From: Candidatus Bathyarchaeota archaeon | GTDB taxonomy: Archaea > Thermoproteota > Bathyarchaeia > Bathyarchaeales > Bathycorpusculaceae | Direction: 5' to 3' | Assembly (NCBI GenBank): GCA_963811105.1 | Contig: CAWEPZ010000011.1 | Coordinates: forward strand, 992,001-1,056,000 | Length of the DNA: 64,000 nucleotides | Part shown: positions 1 through 11,124 of the stretch, one piece after another | How positions within the stretch are numbered: position 1 is the stretch's first letter | Layout: every line of letters begins with the position of its first letter | The notes under the pieces: generated by a model | The model's input: the letters and a program-made list of their open reading frames with translations, nothing else | Databases searched by the model: none | Told to the model about the DNA's origin: nothing | Made by a program: the position numbers and the translations under genes

Positions 1-182
1 AATTCGTCCTCAAGCCGTTTGGCTGATTTCAATTTAGCCTCAACAACTGTTTTAGGATTTCGATGTTGCAACTGCTTTTGAATTTCCGTTTCCGATTTTT
101 TAGAAGAAAAGAACGGATAAGAGGCGTGGTTGATTTCGCCAATCAATTTCTATTCAAACGGAAACTGAGCTTAGCGGCATCG

Positions 183-884
183 CTAAGGCGTAACTGTGAC
201 GGTTCCCCACATGCCTGCAGCAAAGTGACCAACCACTTGGCAGATGTAATAGTAGTTTCCAGCTTGGGTGGGCGTGAAAGTAACTGTACTGTTCCCAAGC
301 CCTAATATTATGTTGACACGAGCGCCAAAGACAACGTTTGCTGTAGCTGATTTGGCATCAACCATAGCCCAGTTGTGTTCAGTGGTGGGCATGGTGTTGA
401 TGAATGTTAGGGTGACGTTGTCGCCGACTTTGAACGTAAACGTTGGTCCGGGGCTTTGAATGGTATCTGCACTATTTCCAAATCCGAAAGCCCCTTGGCT
501 GTTGACACCCGCATAAATCGTTGCGGTAACTTGTGAAACTGCGGGAGTTGGCGTTGGTGTGGGTGGAATAGTTGGTGTTGATGTGGGAGTTGATGTTGGT
601 GTTGATATTGGAGTTGGGCTGAATGTAGTAATAGGAGTAGGCGTTGGGGTGAACAAGGTAGTTGAAGTTGGCGATGAAGTTGGAGTGGGATTGATTGTTG
701 CAGTAGGCGTTGAGACAACTGGTGGAGTTGGAGACGGAGTTGATGAAGGTAGAGGCGGCTGAATCAAGACGTAAATACCGATGATAATAACCACTAAGAC
801 GATAATCCCTAACAAAATTGCCAGCATTTTTGCTATGCCTGATTTTGAAGACAAAAAATACATTTTCTTGCTTAAACGCTTCAA
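183..884 (-). CDS. Membrane-anchored cupredoxin (type-1 blue copper, sulfocyanin/rusticyanin-like) with Pro/Thr-rich stalk
   Basis: N-terminal hydrophobic helix ([21 protein letters not shown]), long P/T/S linker, and a C-terminal domain with HNW and [17 protein letters not shown] (C-x4-H-x4-M copper-ligand pattern). Start codon uncertain. Confidence 0.8.
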   Translation of the reverse strand: MKRLSKKMYFLSSKSGIAKMLAILLGIIVLVVIIIGIYVLIQPPLPSSTPSPTPPVVSTPTATINPTPTSSPTSTTLFTPTPTPITTFSPTPISTPTSTPTSTPTIPPTPTPTPAVSQVTATIYAGVNSQGAFGFGNSADTIQSPGPTFTFKVGDNVTLTFINTMPTTEHNWAMVDAKSATANVVFGARVNIILGLGNSTVTFTPTQAGNYYYICQVVGHFAAGMWGTVTVTP

Positions 885-950
885 TTAGCTGCCCCCTAAA
901 GTTGTTGAACGAAGAGATTGTTAACAAAAAAAAAGAGGATTTAAAAAAGA

Positions 951-2303
951 CTAAGAAGATTTTCTTCTTCTCAAAAGTAGAACTAATCCTGCGACCACAA
1001 CAATCACGATGACAATGCCTAATGCAAGTGCCACAAAGGTTGTATTTGAGCTCGAGACATTCGGAGTTGGAGAAGGAATTACGGATTCGGTTGGTGTTGG
1101 CGAAACAATTGGGCTAAGTGTAGGTGTTGGAGTTGGGGTTGATGTGGGTTTTGGAGTTGGACTTGGAGTTACCGTGTGAGTGGAACTTGGAGAAGGTGAA
1201 GGACTTGGCGTTGGAGAAGGAGTTGGTCGTTGGTAGTTGGCAGTTAGGCGTTGGAGTTGGCGTTGGAGTTGGCGTTGGAGTTGGCGTAGAAGTGATTGGT
1301 TAGCGATTTGTCCTCTGATTTCTCCCCCTGGAAACTGAGTTGTATGCACGTTAACATAGCTCGTTCCATTAATCATCATAGCTATAAGAGTACTAAGAGG
1401 CTGCCCAGCTAAAGACCCGGTGAAGTTGGCTGCATTGAAGTCACCTTCAGCCAGAATTCCTGTGAATGACCCAACTTTTGCCGTAGCTGGAGGAACTGGA
1501 AACAGCAAAACCACGATACCACCATTGACTCCAGCCGCTCCCGCGTGAATATGAGACATAGTTGCATTGACGATGTTTGTAACCTGAACCACATAATGCA
1601 TGGAAAGACCATCTGCGCTAAGTGTAAAGGTAGCTTGACCTGTAGCCGAACTATTCGACGGGGGAACCTCATTATTACCAAGTTGAGCAGTAAAAGTAAT
1701 CGGTGTAACAGCATTACCAATTTGTCCTCTGATTTCTCCCCCTGGAAACTGAGTTGTATGCACATTAACATAGCTCGTTCCATTAATCATCATAGCTATA
1801 AGAGTGCTAAGAGGCTGCCCAGCTAAAGACCCGGTGAAGTTGGCTGCATTGAAGTCACCTTCAGCAAGAATTCCTGTGAATGACCCAACTTTTGCCGTAG
1901 CTGGAGGAACTGGAAACAGCAAAACCACGATACCACCATTGACTCCAGCCGCTCCCGCGTGAATATGAGACATAGTTGCATTGACGATGTTTGTAACCTG
2001 AACCACATAATGCATAGAAAGACCATCTGCGCTAAGCGTAAAGGTAGCTTGACCTGTAGCCGAACTATTCGACGGGGGAACCTCATTATTACCAAGTTGA
2101 GCAGTAAAAGTAATCGGTGCAGCATTAGCGAAGGTTTGGGAAGCAAAATTAATGCTTATAAAAATGCCTGCAAATAAGCCTATCAAAAGCACCATAATCG
2201 ACACTTTTGCCAAGGTTTGCCTTTTGTTTTGTCTGGACAATTCTATATCTTTTTTCCTGAGAGCCAAAAATAAGCTATTAACTGTTTTCATTGAAAAATT
2301 CAC
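951..2303 (-). CDS. Surface protein with two tandem CHRD domains, P/T/S linker and C-terminal TM anchor
   Basis: Two identical ~135-aa domains with CHRD-like motifs ([35 protein letters not shown]), an N-terminal signal/TM segment, and a C-terminal TM helix followed by RRRK. Confidence 0.85.
   Translation of the reverse strand: MNFSMKTVNSLFLALRKKDIELSRQNKRQTLAKVSIMVLLIGLFAGIFISINFASQTFANAAPITFTAQLGNNEVPPSNSSATGQATFTLSADGLSMHYVVQVTNIVNATMSHIHAGAAGVNGGIVVLLFPVPPATAKVGSFTGILAEGDFNAANFTGSLAGQPLSTLIAMMINGTSYVNVHTTQFPGGEIRGQIGNAVTPITFTAQLGNNEVPPSNSSATGQATFTLSADGLSMHYVVQVTNIVNATMSHIHAGAAGVNGGIVVLLFPVPPATAKVGSFTGILAEGDFNAANFTGSLAGQPLSTLIAMMINGTSYVNVHTTQFPGGEIRGQIANQSLLRQLQRQLQRQLQRLTANYQRPTPSPTPSPSPSPSSTHTVTPSPTPKPTSTPTPTPTLSPIVSPTPTESVIPSPTPNVSSSNTTFVALALGIVIVIVVVAGLVLLLRRRKSS
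1306..2119. repeat. Near-perfect 400-bp direct repeat (1306-1705 and 1720-2119; period 414 bp) encoding the two CHRD domains
   Basis: Comparison by eye shows about five substitutions, and the translated domains are identical. Confidence 0.9.
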
Positions 2304-2746
2304 CAGAATTTTGTTCTTGTTTATGAACTTTCTTTGTCTTTAAAAGAATTGTGTGTAGGCATGACGCTACACTCTTTTTGAATAGCTAAGAACCCGGACC
2401 ATACATTAATATAGCGTTAAGGCTTTCCGCGATATATGCCGCTTCAAGAAATGACTTTGACTCATGGAATATGTTACACCTGAGAGAAGAGTACATGAAA
2501 CAGGCTATTGAAGACCTGGGAATTTTTTGAGAAAAGAGGACCAAATTTTAATCTAACCAACCCAAAGAGTTCACTTACAACTAATACGTACTAAACATCC
2601 AAGTCCTAAGCTAAGCATGCAGGCTACAACTAAAACAACCGGAAAAAGCTCTGATCTTAAATATTCGCTTGTTAGTATGGTCGCTTTCGGCAGCCAATCC
2701 ATAAGAAAAATAAAAAAGAAGAGGAGATAGCGGTCTTTTCCAGACG

Positions 2747-5326
2747 CTATGCTTTTTTCCGTATCGCCATCATTATTAAAGCGCCGATTATAATGACTAT
2801 TATTGCTATTGCGATAACGCCTGCAACTATTGTCAGTGTATAGTCCGGTACTGTTATTGCTGGTCCTGTTGAGGTTGTTGCTGTGGGTGTTGTTTCTGCG
2901 CCAACTGAAACAGCAGTTGCTGCTGATGAGCTGCCGTAGGAGTCGTCCCCTGCAAATGTGGCAATTATCCTGTATGTGCCTTCAGTAGGCGGCGTCCAAG
3001 GCATTTCAAAGGTGCCGTAGTATGCACTTGTAGTTACGGTGCCGATTGTGATGGCGTTGTTGTTAGAGTCTATAGCTGTGAGTACAATTGGCACACCAGT
3101 CATCGTAGCATTGTGGTCAACACCGTCGATTGGATGCTGCATATGCAGATATTCCATCTCAGTAGCCATCGAATCCTTAGAGACGCATGGTGTGTTAGGC
3201 TGAGCAGGAGACAAATCAAGCACTGTGCCCTTTATCAAAACGCCTGTTCCTCGCGCAACCACTGTATCGGGTGCTGTCACTGTTGTAGCGGTTTTTCCTC
3301 TGCCGAAGACATACATGTATCCGTCATAAGAGTTTCCTGCAGTCATGTAGCCATCCGCAGTCGCGCCTGGAGCCATGCTGCCAGTAATGTTCCATATGCC
3401 CTGGCCTGTGGTTATGTTGATCGCGTGTAGCTTGTAGCCTCTGTAAATAGGTTGGTTTGGACTGTGCTCAGTGTTATAGGTGTATAGGACTCCGTCTGCG
3501 ATGACAGAAGTTCCGGTAAACCATGCATAGGAATCAACACCTGTTGCATCATTTGCATACGGTTGTTCATACGGGTATTCTGGCACGTATTGATACAGCC
3601 AGGCTACTTTTCCGTTGGTCCAGTTGTAAGCAGCGACTCCATCGTATTGATTTGCAATTATCATTCCTCCGTAGGATTGTACACCGTAGCAGCCGAAGCT
3701 TCCCCATGGCCAACTTGTCAAATCGCTTACCCATAGCTGTTTTCCAGTGTGGAGGTCCCAGCAATACCAATGTCCATCATTTAAGCGCACAGCGAATTTG
3801 CCGTGATCTGCGACTGAGGTGCTTGCACTGAAGAAGCCCCCTTCCCCCGTCGTTGTATCGGTTGTGATGTTGAATAGTAGTTGTCCTGTCGTCATGCTTG
3901 CTGCCATTATGCCTTGACCATATGCCACAACAAAGCCTGAGCCAACTCCTCCTGTACCCGGAGTAGTTATCGCATATGTGTTAACAGCAATAGCTGATTC
4001 ATAGTCAACAGTGCCTAAACTGCTGAATGGCCATGTAACGTTGCCCAGAACTTGAGGCCGCAGGTTGGTAGCACCTCCGAATCCAACGTCTCCTGTTATA
4101 GTCCAGTTGATAAGTCTATATTGAGTGCCAATAGTCTGTACTGTAAAGAATACAGGCCAACCGTCGGGTGTTTGCGCGTAGAATGTGCCGCTCGTGAATG
4201 GAGAAATTGAGATGTTGGCGATTACTGTTCCAAGCCACGGGTCATACCATATCAGTCGACTACTTCCCACGTACATAAGTCTCACAGACAATCCTGAATC
4301 TTCGGCGCTAGCGCCCGCGACAGTCACAGAAGTCCTTGTAATATAATTAATCATTGTTGGCACCTGGGTGACATTTAATTGGTCCCAATAAACTTGCCCA
4401 GTTTGAAGGTCGTAGCATTCCCAAACAGATTGTGCGTGGCCGTCTATCATTTTAGTCATGGTTTGATAGCATCTTCCGTCATAAATTATCGATGGTGTTG
4501 CTCCCCTGCCCGACAAGGATGTCAGCCCCATTGTTCCACCAATTACACCAGCTATAGCGTCTTGCCGCATCCAAACTACGTGTGCAGTTTTAGGTCCTTG
4601 AACATAAGGAGTGAACAAATAGTTGCTCATGTAGGTGTTTGTGTCTGCTGGCCAGCTTGGGCCGCCTCCAACAATGCCTGTAGCAGGATAGTTGCCCAAT
4701 ATCGACCACCATTCCCTGTTTTCAGGTGACACCGGTCTTGTCCAGTAGTCCGTCGGAAGAGGTGAACCTGGCCAACTTTGAGCAAGCGTATTGGTTACAG
4801 TTATAGTATATGGTCCGTCACTGCTTGGTTTGTAGTATACTGAATTGGTAAAGGTCGTGTTGGTTCCAAACTGGAATGATGCTTCGGTCGTGTTGTAAAC
4901 TCCTGCAGGGAAGTAGGCACCGAGGAAGTCAAATTTGATTGTCCAATTGCCAAGCTGATCCGGTACGTAATTGAACCATGCTGATACATCTCCAGGATAG
5001 GAGTTCAGTGGACCGATAGTATCTTTGGTACCGTCTGGCTTTGTGAATGTCACTACGTAAGCATTTTTCATGTATCTGACGACGTGAACTGGAGGTTGAA
5101 GCCAAAGGTTAACAATTACATTTTGTCCAAGCCCAATGGCATGCGGGTTGAAACTCAAGTGAGCGATTGTCTGGAATGATTCATCTGGAGTAACGCCTGT
5201 TGGTAATGGTATTGATCCGTTATCCTGTAGTGGTAAGCTTTGAGCTTGAATAATAGATGGTGTTGTCAACGCAAATAAAGATATCAAGAAAATAGCAATT
5301 ATAGTTTTCTTTGCTTTTCCAAACAT
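2747..5326 (-). CDS. PQQ-like beta-propeller surface protein (paralogue 1), signal peptide plus C-terminal TM anchor
   Basis: Signal peptide, repeated D/N-x-x-TG-x-x-x-W motifs, conserved LPTDYWTRP and GTVLDLSPAQPNTPC blocks, and a C-terminal TM with basic tail. Confidence 0.8.
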   Translation of the reverse strand: MFGKAKKTIIAIFLISLFALTTPSIIQAQSLPLQDNGSIPLPTGVTPDESFQTIAHLSFNPHAIGLGQNVIVNLWLQPPVHVVRYMKNAYVVTFTKPDGTKDTIGPLNSYPGDVSAWFNYVPDQLGNWTIKFDFLGAYFPAGVYNTTEASFQFGTNTTFTNSVYYKPSSDGPYTITVTNTLAQSWPGSPLPTDYWTRPVSPENREWWSILGNYPATGIVGGGPSWPADTNTYMSNYLFTPYVQGPKTAHVVWMRQDAIAGVIGGTMGLTSLSGRGATPSIIYDGRCYQTMTKMIDGHAQSVWECYDLQTGQVYWDQLNVTQVPTMINYITRTSVTVAGASAEDSGLSVRLMYVGSSRLIWYDPWLGTVIANISISPFTSGTFYAQTPDGWPVFFTVQTIGTQYRLINWTITGDVGFGGATNLRPQVLGNVTWPFSSLGTVDYESAIAVNTYAITTPGTGGVGSGFVVAYGQGIMAASMTTGQLLFNITTDTTTGEGGFFSASTSVADHGKFAVRLNDGHWYCWDLHTGKQLWVSDLTSWPWGSFGCYGVQSYGGMIIANQYDGVAAYNWTNGKVAWLYQYVPEYPYEQPYANDATGVDSYAWFTGTSVIADGVLYTYNTEHSPNQPIYRGYKLHAINITTGQGIWNITGSMAPGATADGYMTAGNSYDGYMYVFGRGKTATTVTAPDTVVARGTGVLIKGTVLDLSPAQPNTPCVSKDSMATEMEYLHMQHPIDGVDHNATMTGVPIVLTAIDSNNNAITIGTVTTSAYYGTFEMPWTPPTEGTYRIIATFAGDDSYGSSSAATAVSVGAETTPTATTSTGPAITVPDYTLTIVAGVIAIAIIVIIIGALIMMAIRKKA

Positions 5327-5469
5327 GTTGTTCTTTCTTCTCTTAAGTTTATGTACAAAGCCGTTAAAGCCTTGTCAAAACGAGTGGTATGCATTCAACT
5401 TGTATTTAAGTTTAGTCCAATCAACCTATTGTCTGGTAATCGACTTGAACATAGGCGATGAAGAAACAG

Positions 5470-5699
5470 TCGCCAGTTCCCGATGGAATCTACACCCAAA
5501 TCGACCGAATCGAAACACTGTGTTAAATCAACCCGACGCTTAGGAACCAACTTCAAGTAACCCTTCCGCTTAATAAATATGGATTTCTCTGCTTTCACCG
5601 ATTTCCCTGCTTTCACCGATTTCCGCTTCACGCCAATCCACAGGGCAGGATAAGACGACCCTTAGAATCCACTTTCCTTAATTCAAAGCCGGTTTCCAA
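5470..5699 (-). pseudogene. Degenerate AbrB/MazE/SpoVT-family DNA-binding (antitoxin-like) gene
   Basis: Joining frames gives LETGFELRKVDSKGRLILP-VDWREAEIGESREIGESREI..IKRKGYLKLVPKRRVDL. KVDSKGRLILP is the AbrB-type swapped-hairpin motif. Contains two frameshifts and an 18-bp tandem duplication. Confidence 0.6.
5589..5624. repeat. Perfect 18-bp tandem duplication (ctgctttcaccgatttcc x2)
   Basis: Directly visible at 5589-5606 and 5607-5624. Confidence 0.9.
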
Positions 5700-6030
5700 C
5701 TAATCCATCATAAATAAATTACACACCATTCCATAAAGTTCCACCAAAAACATAATAATTAACAACACCCCGCAAAAGATAACCCCCCGAATATTGCAAA
5801 ATGAACAACATGGTACAAATGCAATAAGCGTGCCCCCTATTACTACTAACAATGGAGTAATCCCACGCCAAATTTACCGTCAAGCGCTAATACAGTCGAA
5901 AACTTAGTTACCGACGTTCAATTTGCGCTGCCGCTACCAGTAACCAAATATTTTACTTTTAAATTCCTACTATTTGCAGAATAAAACGAATAATAGAATT
6001 CAAAAATCCTCGGTAAGAAGGATGCTATAT

Positions 6031-8625
6031 ATGAATTTGAACAATTTTACCATTAAATCGCAGGAAGCCATTCAGAAAGCCACAGAAATTGCTATAGCAA
6101 AACAGAACCAATCAATTGAAACCTCACATTTGTTGAAAGGCATATTGATGGTGGACGAAAATGTGGTTCCCTATTTATTGAAGAAACTAAATGTAAACTT
6201 TGATGCTTTTTCAAAGGCGCTTGATAAGTTAATTGATTCCTTACCTAAGGTAGAGGGCGGACAACAATACCTCTCATCAAATTCAAATCGAGCCCTCCAG
6301 AAAGCGTCAGAAATAGCTTCAGAATTCAAAGATGAATTCATCTCCATCGAACATCTATTGCTATCAATCTTAACGGTAAAAGATGCAGCATCAAGACTAC
6401 TTGAGAACAACGGAGTCAACGAAAAAGATCTGCAGGCAGCAATCAAACAATTACGTAAAGGATCAACCGTTAATTCTCAAACTGCAGAAGAAACCTACAA
6501 TGCATTAAACAAATACGCATTCAACCTAAATGAATTGGCCAGAAAAGGAAAACTTGACCCAGTCATTGGACGCGACGAGGAAATCCGAAGAGTCCTTCAA
6601 ATCCTATCCCGAAGAACGAAAAACAATCCAATTCTAATCGGAGAGCCAGGCGTTGGCAAAACCGCAATCGCAGAAGGACTAGCTCACCGCATAATCGATG
6701 GAGACGTACCCGAGAACCTGAAATCAAAACAAGTTTATTCACTTGACATGAGTGCTCTTATCGCCGGTGCAAAATTCAAGGGCGAATTCGAAGAACGATT
6801 GAAAAGCGTAGTCAAAGAAGTTGTTTCAGCTGAAGGCGATATAGTCCTATTCATAGACGAGATTCATACTCTCGTCGGAGCTGGCGGCGGCGAAGGAGCA
6901 ATGGACGCAGCAAACATCCTAAAACCCGCACTAGCTAGAGGAGAATTACGTGCCATCGGCGCCACAACATTAAACGAATACCAGAAATATTTTGAAAAAG
7001 ACAAAGCCCTTGAAAGACGGTTCCAACCAGTCATGGTCAATGAACCAGACACACTGGACGCTATCTCTATTCTTCGAGGTCTAAAAGAACGTTACGAAAC
7101 ATATCACCATGTAAGAATCAAAGATGAAGCAATAATAGCCGCTGTGGAACTCTCACAAAGATACATTTCAGACCGATTTCTCCCAGATAAAGCAATAGAC
7201 TTGATTGATGAAGCCGCATCAAAACTTCGACTCGAAATCAATTCAGAACCTGAAGAGCTCGAAGTAAAAGACCGCCGAATCCGTCAACTAGAAATTGAAC
7301 GCGAAGCTATCAAACGTGAAAAAGATCAAGCGAAACTTAAGTCACTCAATGAAGAAATCGCGAACCTAAGCGAAGAACGCAATCAACTACGTGCCAAATG
7401 GCAATCTGAAAAAGACATAGTTGAACAAATTCAGAACAAAAAGAACGACATTGAACAACTAAAGTTTGAAGATGAGAAGGCAAACCGCAATGGCGATCTT
7501 GGACGCGTCGCAGAAATTCGCTACGGCAAAATTCCAGAAGCAGAAAAAATAATTGAAACTCTAAAGAAGAAACTCTCAGAGTTGCAGAAAGATTCAACCA
7601 TGGTAAATGAAGAAGTTGGCGCCGAAGAAATCGCTGAAATAGTTTCTCGCTGGACAGGTATCCCGGTTAGCAGAATGCTTCAAAGTGAACGGCAGAAACT
7701 GCTTAATTTAGAAACAGAACTTCACATGCGGGTTGTTGGACAAGATGAAGCAGTCAATGCAGTGGCAGATGCTATTAGAAGAAACCGCGCAGGGTTGCAG
7801 GATCCCAAACGACCAATCGGATCGTTCATCTTCTTGGGCACCACAGGGGTAGGAAAAACCGAATTAGCAAAAGCCTTAGCAGAATTCCTATTCAACAACG
7901 AAAACAGCATGATCAGAATAGACATGTCTGAATATCAAGAACGACACACTGTTTCAAGACTCATAGGCGCACCCCCCGGCTACGTAGGCTACGAAGAAAG
8001 CGGACAACTAACCGAAGCAGTCCGAAGAAAACCATACTCTGTCTTACTTCTTGACGAAATTGAAAAAGCCCACCCTGACGTTTTCAACATACTGCTCCAA
8101 GTACTCGACGACGGCAGACTAACAGACAACAAAGGCCGAACTGTAGATTTCAAAAACACCATAATCATAATGACCTCAAACATTGGCTCTCACATAATTC
8201 AAGAAAACCTAGAAAAAGTAAATGACCTAAACCGCGAAGAAATCATAAATCAAACACGAAAACAAGTCTTCGATTTACTCAAAAAAAGCATAAAACCAGA
8301 ATTCCTAAATCGCATCGACGAAATAATCATGTTCCAATCATTAACCCGAGAAGAAGTCCGAAGAATAGTAGAACTCCAACTAAAAAACATCCAGAAAATG
8401 CTAGAAAAAAGCTGCATCAAACTCACAATCACCAAAAAAGCCGTAGACTTCATTGCCATCATCGGATTTGACCCCCAGTTCGGAGCGAGACCAATAAAAC
8501 GCGTTATCCAGAAAAACTTGCTGAACGAATTATCAAAGATGATCCTAGAAGAAAAAGTCAACAAAAACTCGGAAATTATTGTCGATGAGAAAAACGGCAA
8601 GCTGGTGTTCAAAAACAAATTATAG
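6031..8625 (+). CDS. clpB: ATP-dependent chaperone ClpB
   Basis: Two AAA+ modules (GEPGVGKT; GTTGVGKT), [20 protein letters not shown] and GAPPGYVGY motifs, and a coiled-coil M domain. Likely ATG start at 6031 ([13 protein letters not shown]). Confidence 0.97.
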   Translation: MNLNNFTIKSQEAIQKATEIAIAKQNQSIETSHLLKGILMVDENVVPYLLKKLNVNFDAFSKALDKLIDSLPKVEGGQQYLSSNSNRALQKASEIASEFKDEFISIEHLLLSILTVKDAASRLLENNGVNEKDLQAAIKQLRKGSTVNSQTAEETYNALNKYAFNLNELARKGKLDPVIGRDEEIRRVLQILSRRTKNNPILIGEPGVGKTAIAEGLAHRIIDGDVPENLKSKQVYSLDMSALIAGAKFKGEFEERLKSVVKEVVSAEGDIVLFIDEIHTLVGAGGGEGAMDAANILKPALARGELRAIGATTLNEYQKYFEKDKALERRFQPVMVNEPDTLDAISILRGLKERYETYHHVRIKDEAIIAAVELSQRYISDRFLPDKAIDLIDEAASKLRLEINSEPEELEVKDRRIRQLEIEREAIKREKDQAKLKSLNEEIANLSEERNQLRAKWQSEKDIVEQIQNKKNDIEQLKFEDEKANRNGDLGRVAEIRYGKIPEAEKIIETLKKKLSELQKDSTMVNEEVGAEEIAEIVSRWTGIPVSRMLQSERQKLLNLETELHMRVVGQDEAVNAVADAIRRNRAGLQDPKRPIGSFIFLGTTGVGKTELAKALAEFLFNNENSMIRIDMSEYQERHTVSRLIGAPPGYVGYEESGQLTEAVRRKPYSVLLLDEIEKAHPDVFNILLQVLDDGRLTDNKGRTVDFKNTIIIMTSNIGSHIIQENLEKVNDLNREEIINQTRKQVFDLLKKSIKPEFLNRIDEIIMFQSLTREEVRRIVELQLKNIQKMLEKSCIKLTITKKAVDFIAIIGFDPQFGARPIKRVIQKNLLNELSKMILEEKVNKNSEIIVDEKNGKLVFKNKL

Positions 8626-8861
8626 ATACTATTTCAATACCCCGCAAGTTCTCAAAAACCATCTTTTTTTGTTTCAAAGATTACTTAGTTTTCTATTTGA
8701 TAAAATCTAATCAATGTTCAACAAGTTCTAAGCTCTGTTAGGTGAAATCAGACAACATGTAAGATTTTAAACCGCTGCAATGTATTCTGGTAAACAAAGC
8801 AGTGTCTCTATGCTAAGAGTTAATATAGCGCCTCGATGATTTTCTCGGCTGCCATTAGAGA

Positions 8862-10361
8862 ATGACCGCCAACAAAATTCTAGGAAAAACTTTAATAATT
8901 TATCAGTTTAAGACATTCAAGGTGGTTTCTTTTTCAGTGCGTAAAATGAGCAAAAAACAACCTAATCAACTTAATCCACTTGCATTTAAAAAACACCCCT
9001 CTGAGCAATTGGACCACCAAAAAATTGCCCAATTAATACTTTCTCCGTTCATCCACTTGTTCAACATTAATGAATCGACGAAGTGTCTTTTCAATTCTTT
9101 AACTCTAAAGAAAGTGTACTTAACCAATGATAATTACACTAAGCTTTTAATAGATCTAAGTATGGGAAAACGTAGTAGAGACGTCAAAAGTTTAATCGAC
9201 TTGAAGTTTATAGTGCCTCTAGGCTTTGATGCGGAAAAAGTGTTTGACAGCGTCGCAAACAGCTTGCTTAGAAAGAAACCTTCGACCAACCTTGCGTACA
9301 TTTTGGTAACTGACTTCTGCAACTTCAGATGCGGTTACTGCTTCATAGAAAACTCTCTAAAGGGTCCTAGCATAGCAATGTCCAAGGATTTGGCAGATAA
9401 AGTCATTAACGTTTTGATCAACGAAGCAAAGCAAGTCCCAGAATATAGAGTTACATTTTATGGAGGAGAACCCCTAAGCATCAGCGAAATAGTCTTCTAC
9501 ATCATCAAAAAACTTGAGCAAGCATCTAAGGACAAATTCAAATTTTCTTGCGTTACAAACGGAAGTCTAGTAACCGAAGATTTAGCTAGAAAACTTAAAC
9601 AACACAACGTTACCGTAGGATTATCGCTAGACGGATGGGCCAACATTGACAAAAACCGTGTTTTTACCAATGGAAAAGAAACCTTTTACTCAGCACTTAA
9701 AGCGTTAGCTCTCCTAAAAGAAGCCGAGGTAAATGTTGGAATATCATGCACAATTACAAAACAGAACTACAAATACGCAGAGGAAATAGTTGAATTTATC
9801 CAAAAATTGGGAATCAGAACCATTGGTTTTAATTTGTTAACTAGACTCCAAGAGCCAAGTGAATTTGAGGTGCCAGACCCAAAACAACTCGCGCACCACC
9901 TCTTTGAAGCGTACTTAAAAGCAAACGAATTGCAAATGTTTGAAGATCGCATAGGCAATAGACGAGCAAACTATTTTTTCAAAGAAATATTTCATTTGTA
10001 CGATTGCCCCGCGTTTGGTCAACTAATATTCTTTTCGCCAGCTGGAACAGTGGGACCTTGCCATGCGTTCTATCCTTCAGGAAAACATCAAATTCCAATC
10101 AAAGATAATCTGAAAGTCCAAGAAGAACCATTGTTTTACAAATGGCTGGAAATTGGCACACTAAAGAATAAAGATTGCATGAGGTGTCCGGCCCTTGGAA
10201 TCTGCGGCGGAGGCTGCGCTTACGATATTTACGTTAAGACCGGTCAGCTTGGCATTAAAGAAGACTACTTCTGCGCTTTCCAGAATGAAATACTCAAGCT
10301 CCTGCTATCTTACAATTTCCTGATAAAACCTCAAAATAAACTTGGAAAAACGAAAAGTTGA
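8862..10361 (+). CDS. Radical SAM/SPASM domain protein, probable peptide maturase
   Basis: CNFRCGYC (CxxxCxxC), FYGGEP, TNG and SLDG motifs, plus SPASM cysteines (CPA...GPC; CMRCPALGICGGGC...FC). An N-terminal extension of more than 100 aa could be an RRE-like domain. The start may be the ATG at 8946. Confidence 0.9.
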   Translation: MTANKILGKTLIIYQFKTFKVVSFSVRKMSKKQPNQLNPLAFKKHPSEQLDHQKIAQLILSPFIHLFNINESTKCLFNSLTLKKVYLTNDNYTKLLIDLSMGKRSRDVKSLIDLKFIVPLGFDAEKVFDSVANSLLRKKPSTNLAYILVTDFCNFRCGYCFIENSLKGPSIAMSKDLADKVINVLINEAKQVPEYRVTFYGGEPLSISEIVFYIIKKLEQASKDKFKFSCVTNGSLVTEDLARKLKQHNVTVGLSLDGWANIDKNRVFTNGKETFYSALKALALLKEAEVNVGISCTITKQNYKYAEEIVEFIQKLGIRTIGFNLLTRLQEPSEFEVPDPKQLAHHLFEAYLKANELQMFEDRIGNRRANYFFKEIFHLYDCPAFGQLIFFSPAGTVGPCHAFYPSGKHQIPIKDNLKVQEEPLFYKWLEIGTLKNKDCMRCPALGICGGGCAYDIYVKTGQLGIKEDYFCAFQNEILKLLLSYNFLIKPQNKLGKTKS

Positions 10362-10508
10362 AAGATTCACCCGTCTAAACACCAAAAAGCCCATAAAAAG
10401 CCCTTAGCCAAAAGAATCTAAGCAAACAATTGCTAATCAACAATTCAATAAATGAAAAAAAGATACAGACACATCTGACAGTTAACTTCACCCCAGATTG
10501 CCTGTACA

Positions 10509-10555
10509 ATAAATATAAATAATTGACACTTCATACAACAATGTAGTGATTATTT
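10509..10555 (+). promoter_or_regulatory. Putative archaeal promoter/5' leader of the precursor gene, duplicated upstream of the 13099 gene
   Basis: TATA-like aatataaata about 35-45 bp upstream of the TTG. The block 'ataaata...acttcata...gattatttttgtcaaaa' recurs at about 13055-13107. Confidence 0.5.
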
Positions 10556-11014
10556 TTGTCAAAAAATAAATCAAATCCTATAGCGCCCTCCAAAAACCCA
10601 TCTATCGCTCTATCAACAAAAAAATTGACCACAGCACAAAGCAAACGTTTACCAACAATCTTGGCACAAATACCACCTATCGAAAAACTGAATCCGGCCA
10701 TGTATGCAAAGCTGCAGTCAACTATACATGATACCGTAGCAAAAGCTTTGCCGGAATATCAGCAATGGATAAGCAAAACTATTGCATCGGATGGCCAGAC
10801 TCCGACTCCAGTGTGTAGCTCATGCGGAAACGACTGCCCAACACCACTTTGCAGTTCATGTGGAAACGATTGCCCCACACCTCTATGTAGCTCATGCGGA
10901 AACGACTGCCCAACACCATCAGCAACTAGAAAAATTGAAGACATGGTCAATGTGGCTGTCAACCAGGCAATGACCACGGCAATTCGTCAAGCTTTGGAAC
11001 AACAATTCAAATAA
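10556..11014 (+). CDS. Putative multi-core RiPP precursor (leader, 3x CSSCGNDCPTP, follower)
   Basis: All 9 Cys lie in three tandem 12-aa repeats, flanked by an 86-aa Cys-free leader and a ~30-aa helical follower. The gene sits between two radical SAM genes. Confidence 0.75.
   Translation: MSKNKSNPIAPSKNPSIALSTKKLTTAQSKRLPTILAQIPPIEKLNPAMYAKLQSTIHDTVAKALPEYQQWISKTIASDGQTPTPVCSSCGNDCPTPLCSSCGNDCPTPLCSSCGNDCPTPSATRKIEDMVNVAVNQAMTTAIRQALEQQFK
10814..10921 (+). repeat. Three tandem 36-bp units encoding CSSCGNDCPTP(L/S)
   Basis: Units at 10814-10849, 10850-10885 and 10886-10921. Unit 2 differs from unit 1 at 7 positions, all synonymous third positions. Confidence 0.95.
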
Positions 11015-11124
11015 GAAGCTGTTTTCCAATTGAGAAACGTAAACGCTCAAATGAAGAACAAGCAACAAAAATAGTCTACTGATTTGCACGATAAAAATCA
11101 GCAGCTATTCCAAAAAACAACATC

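Noticed and set aside
540-750. gttggt/gttgga-type short repeats (also 1060-1290)
   Set aside because: They are explained by Pro/Thr/Ser linker codons on the minus strand; the opposite-strand Val/Gly-rich ORF (559-762) is a shadow.
1409-2177. Duplicated small ORFs (1409-1783, 1823-2146, 1545-1826, 1959-2177)
   Set aside because: They are alternate-frame shadows of the CHRD duplication.
10814-10921. 36-bp periodic repeat as a CRISPR array
   Set aside because: The units are contiguous with no spacers, in frame, and vary only at synonymous sites; no cas genes are present in the window.
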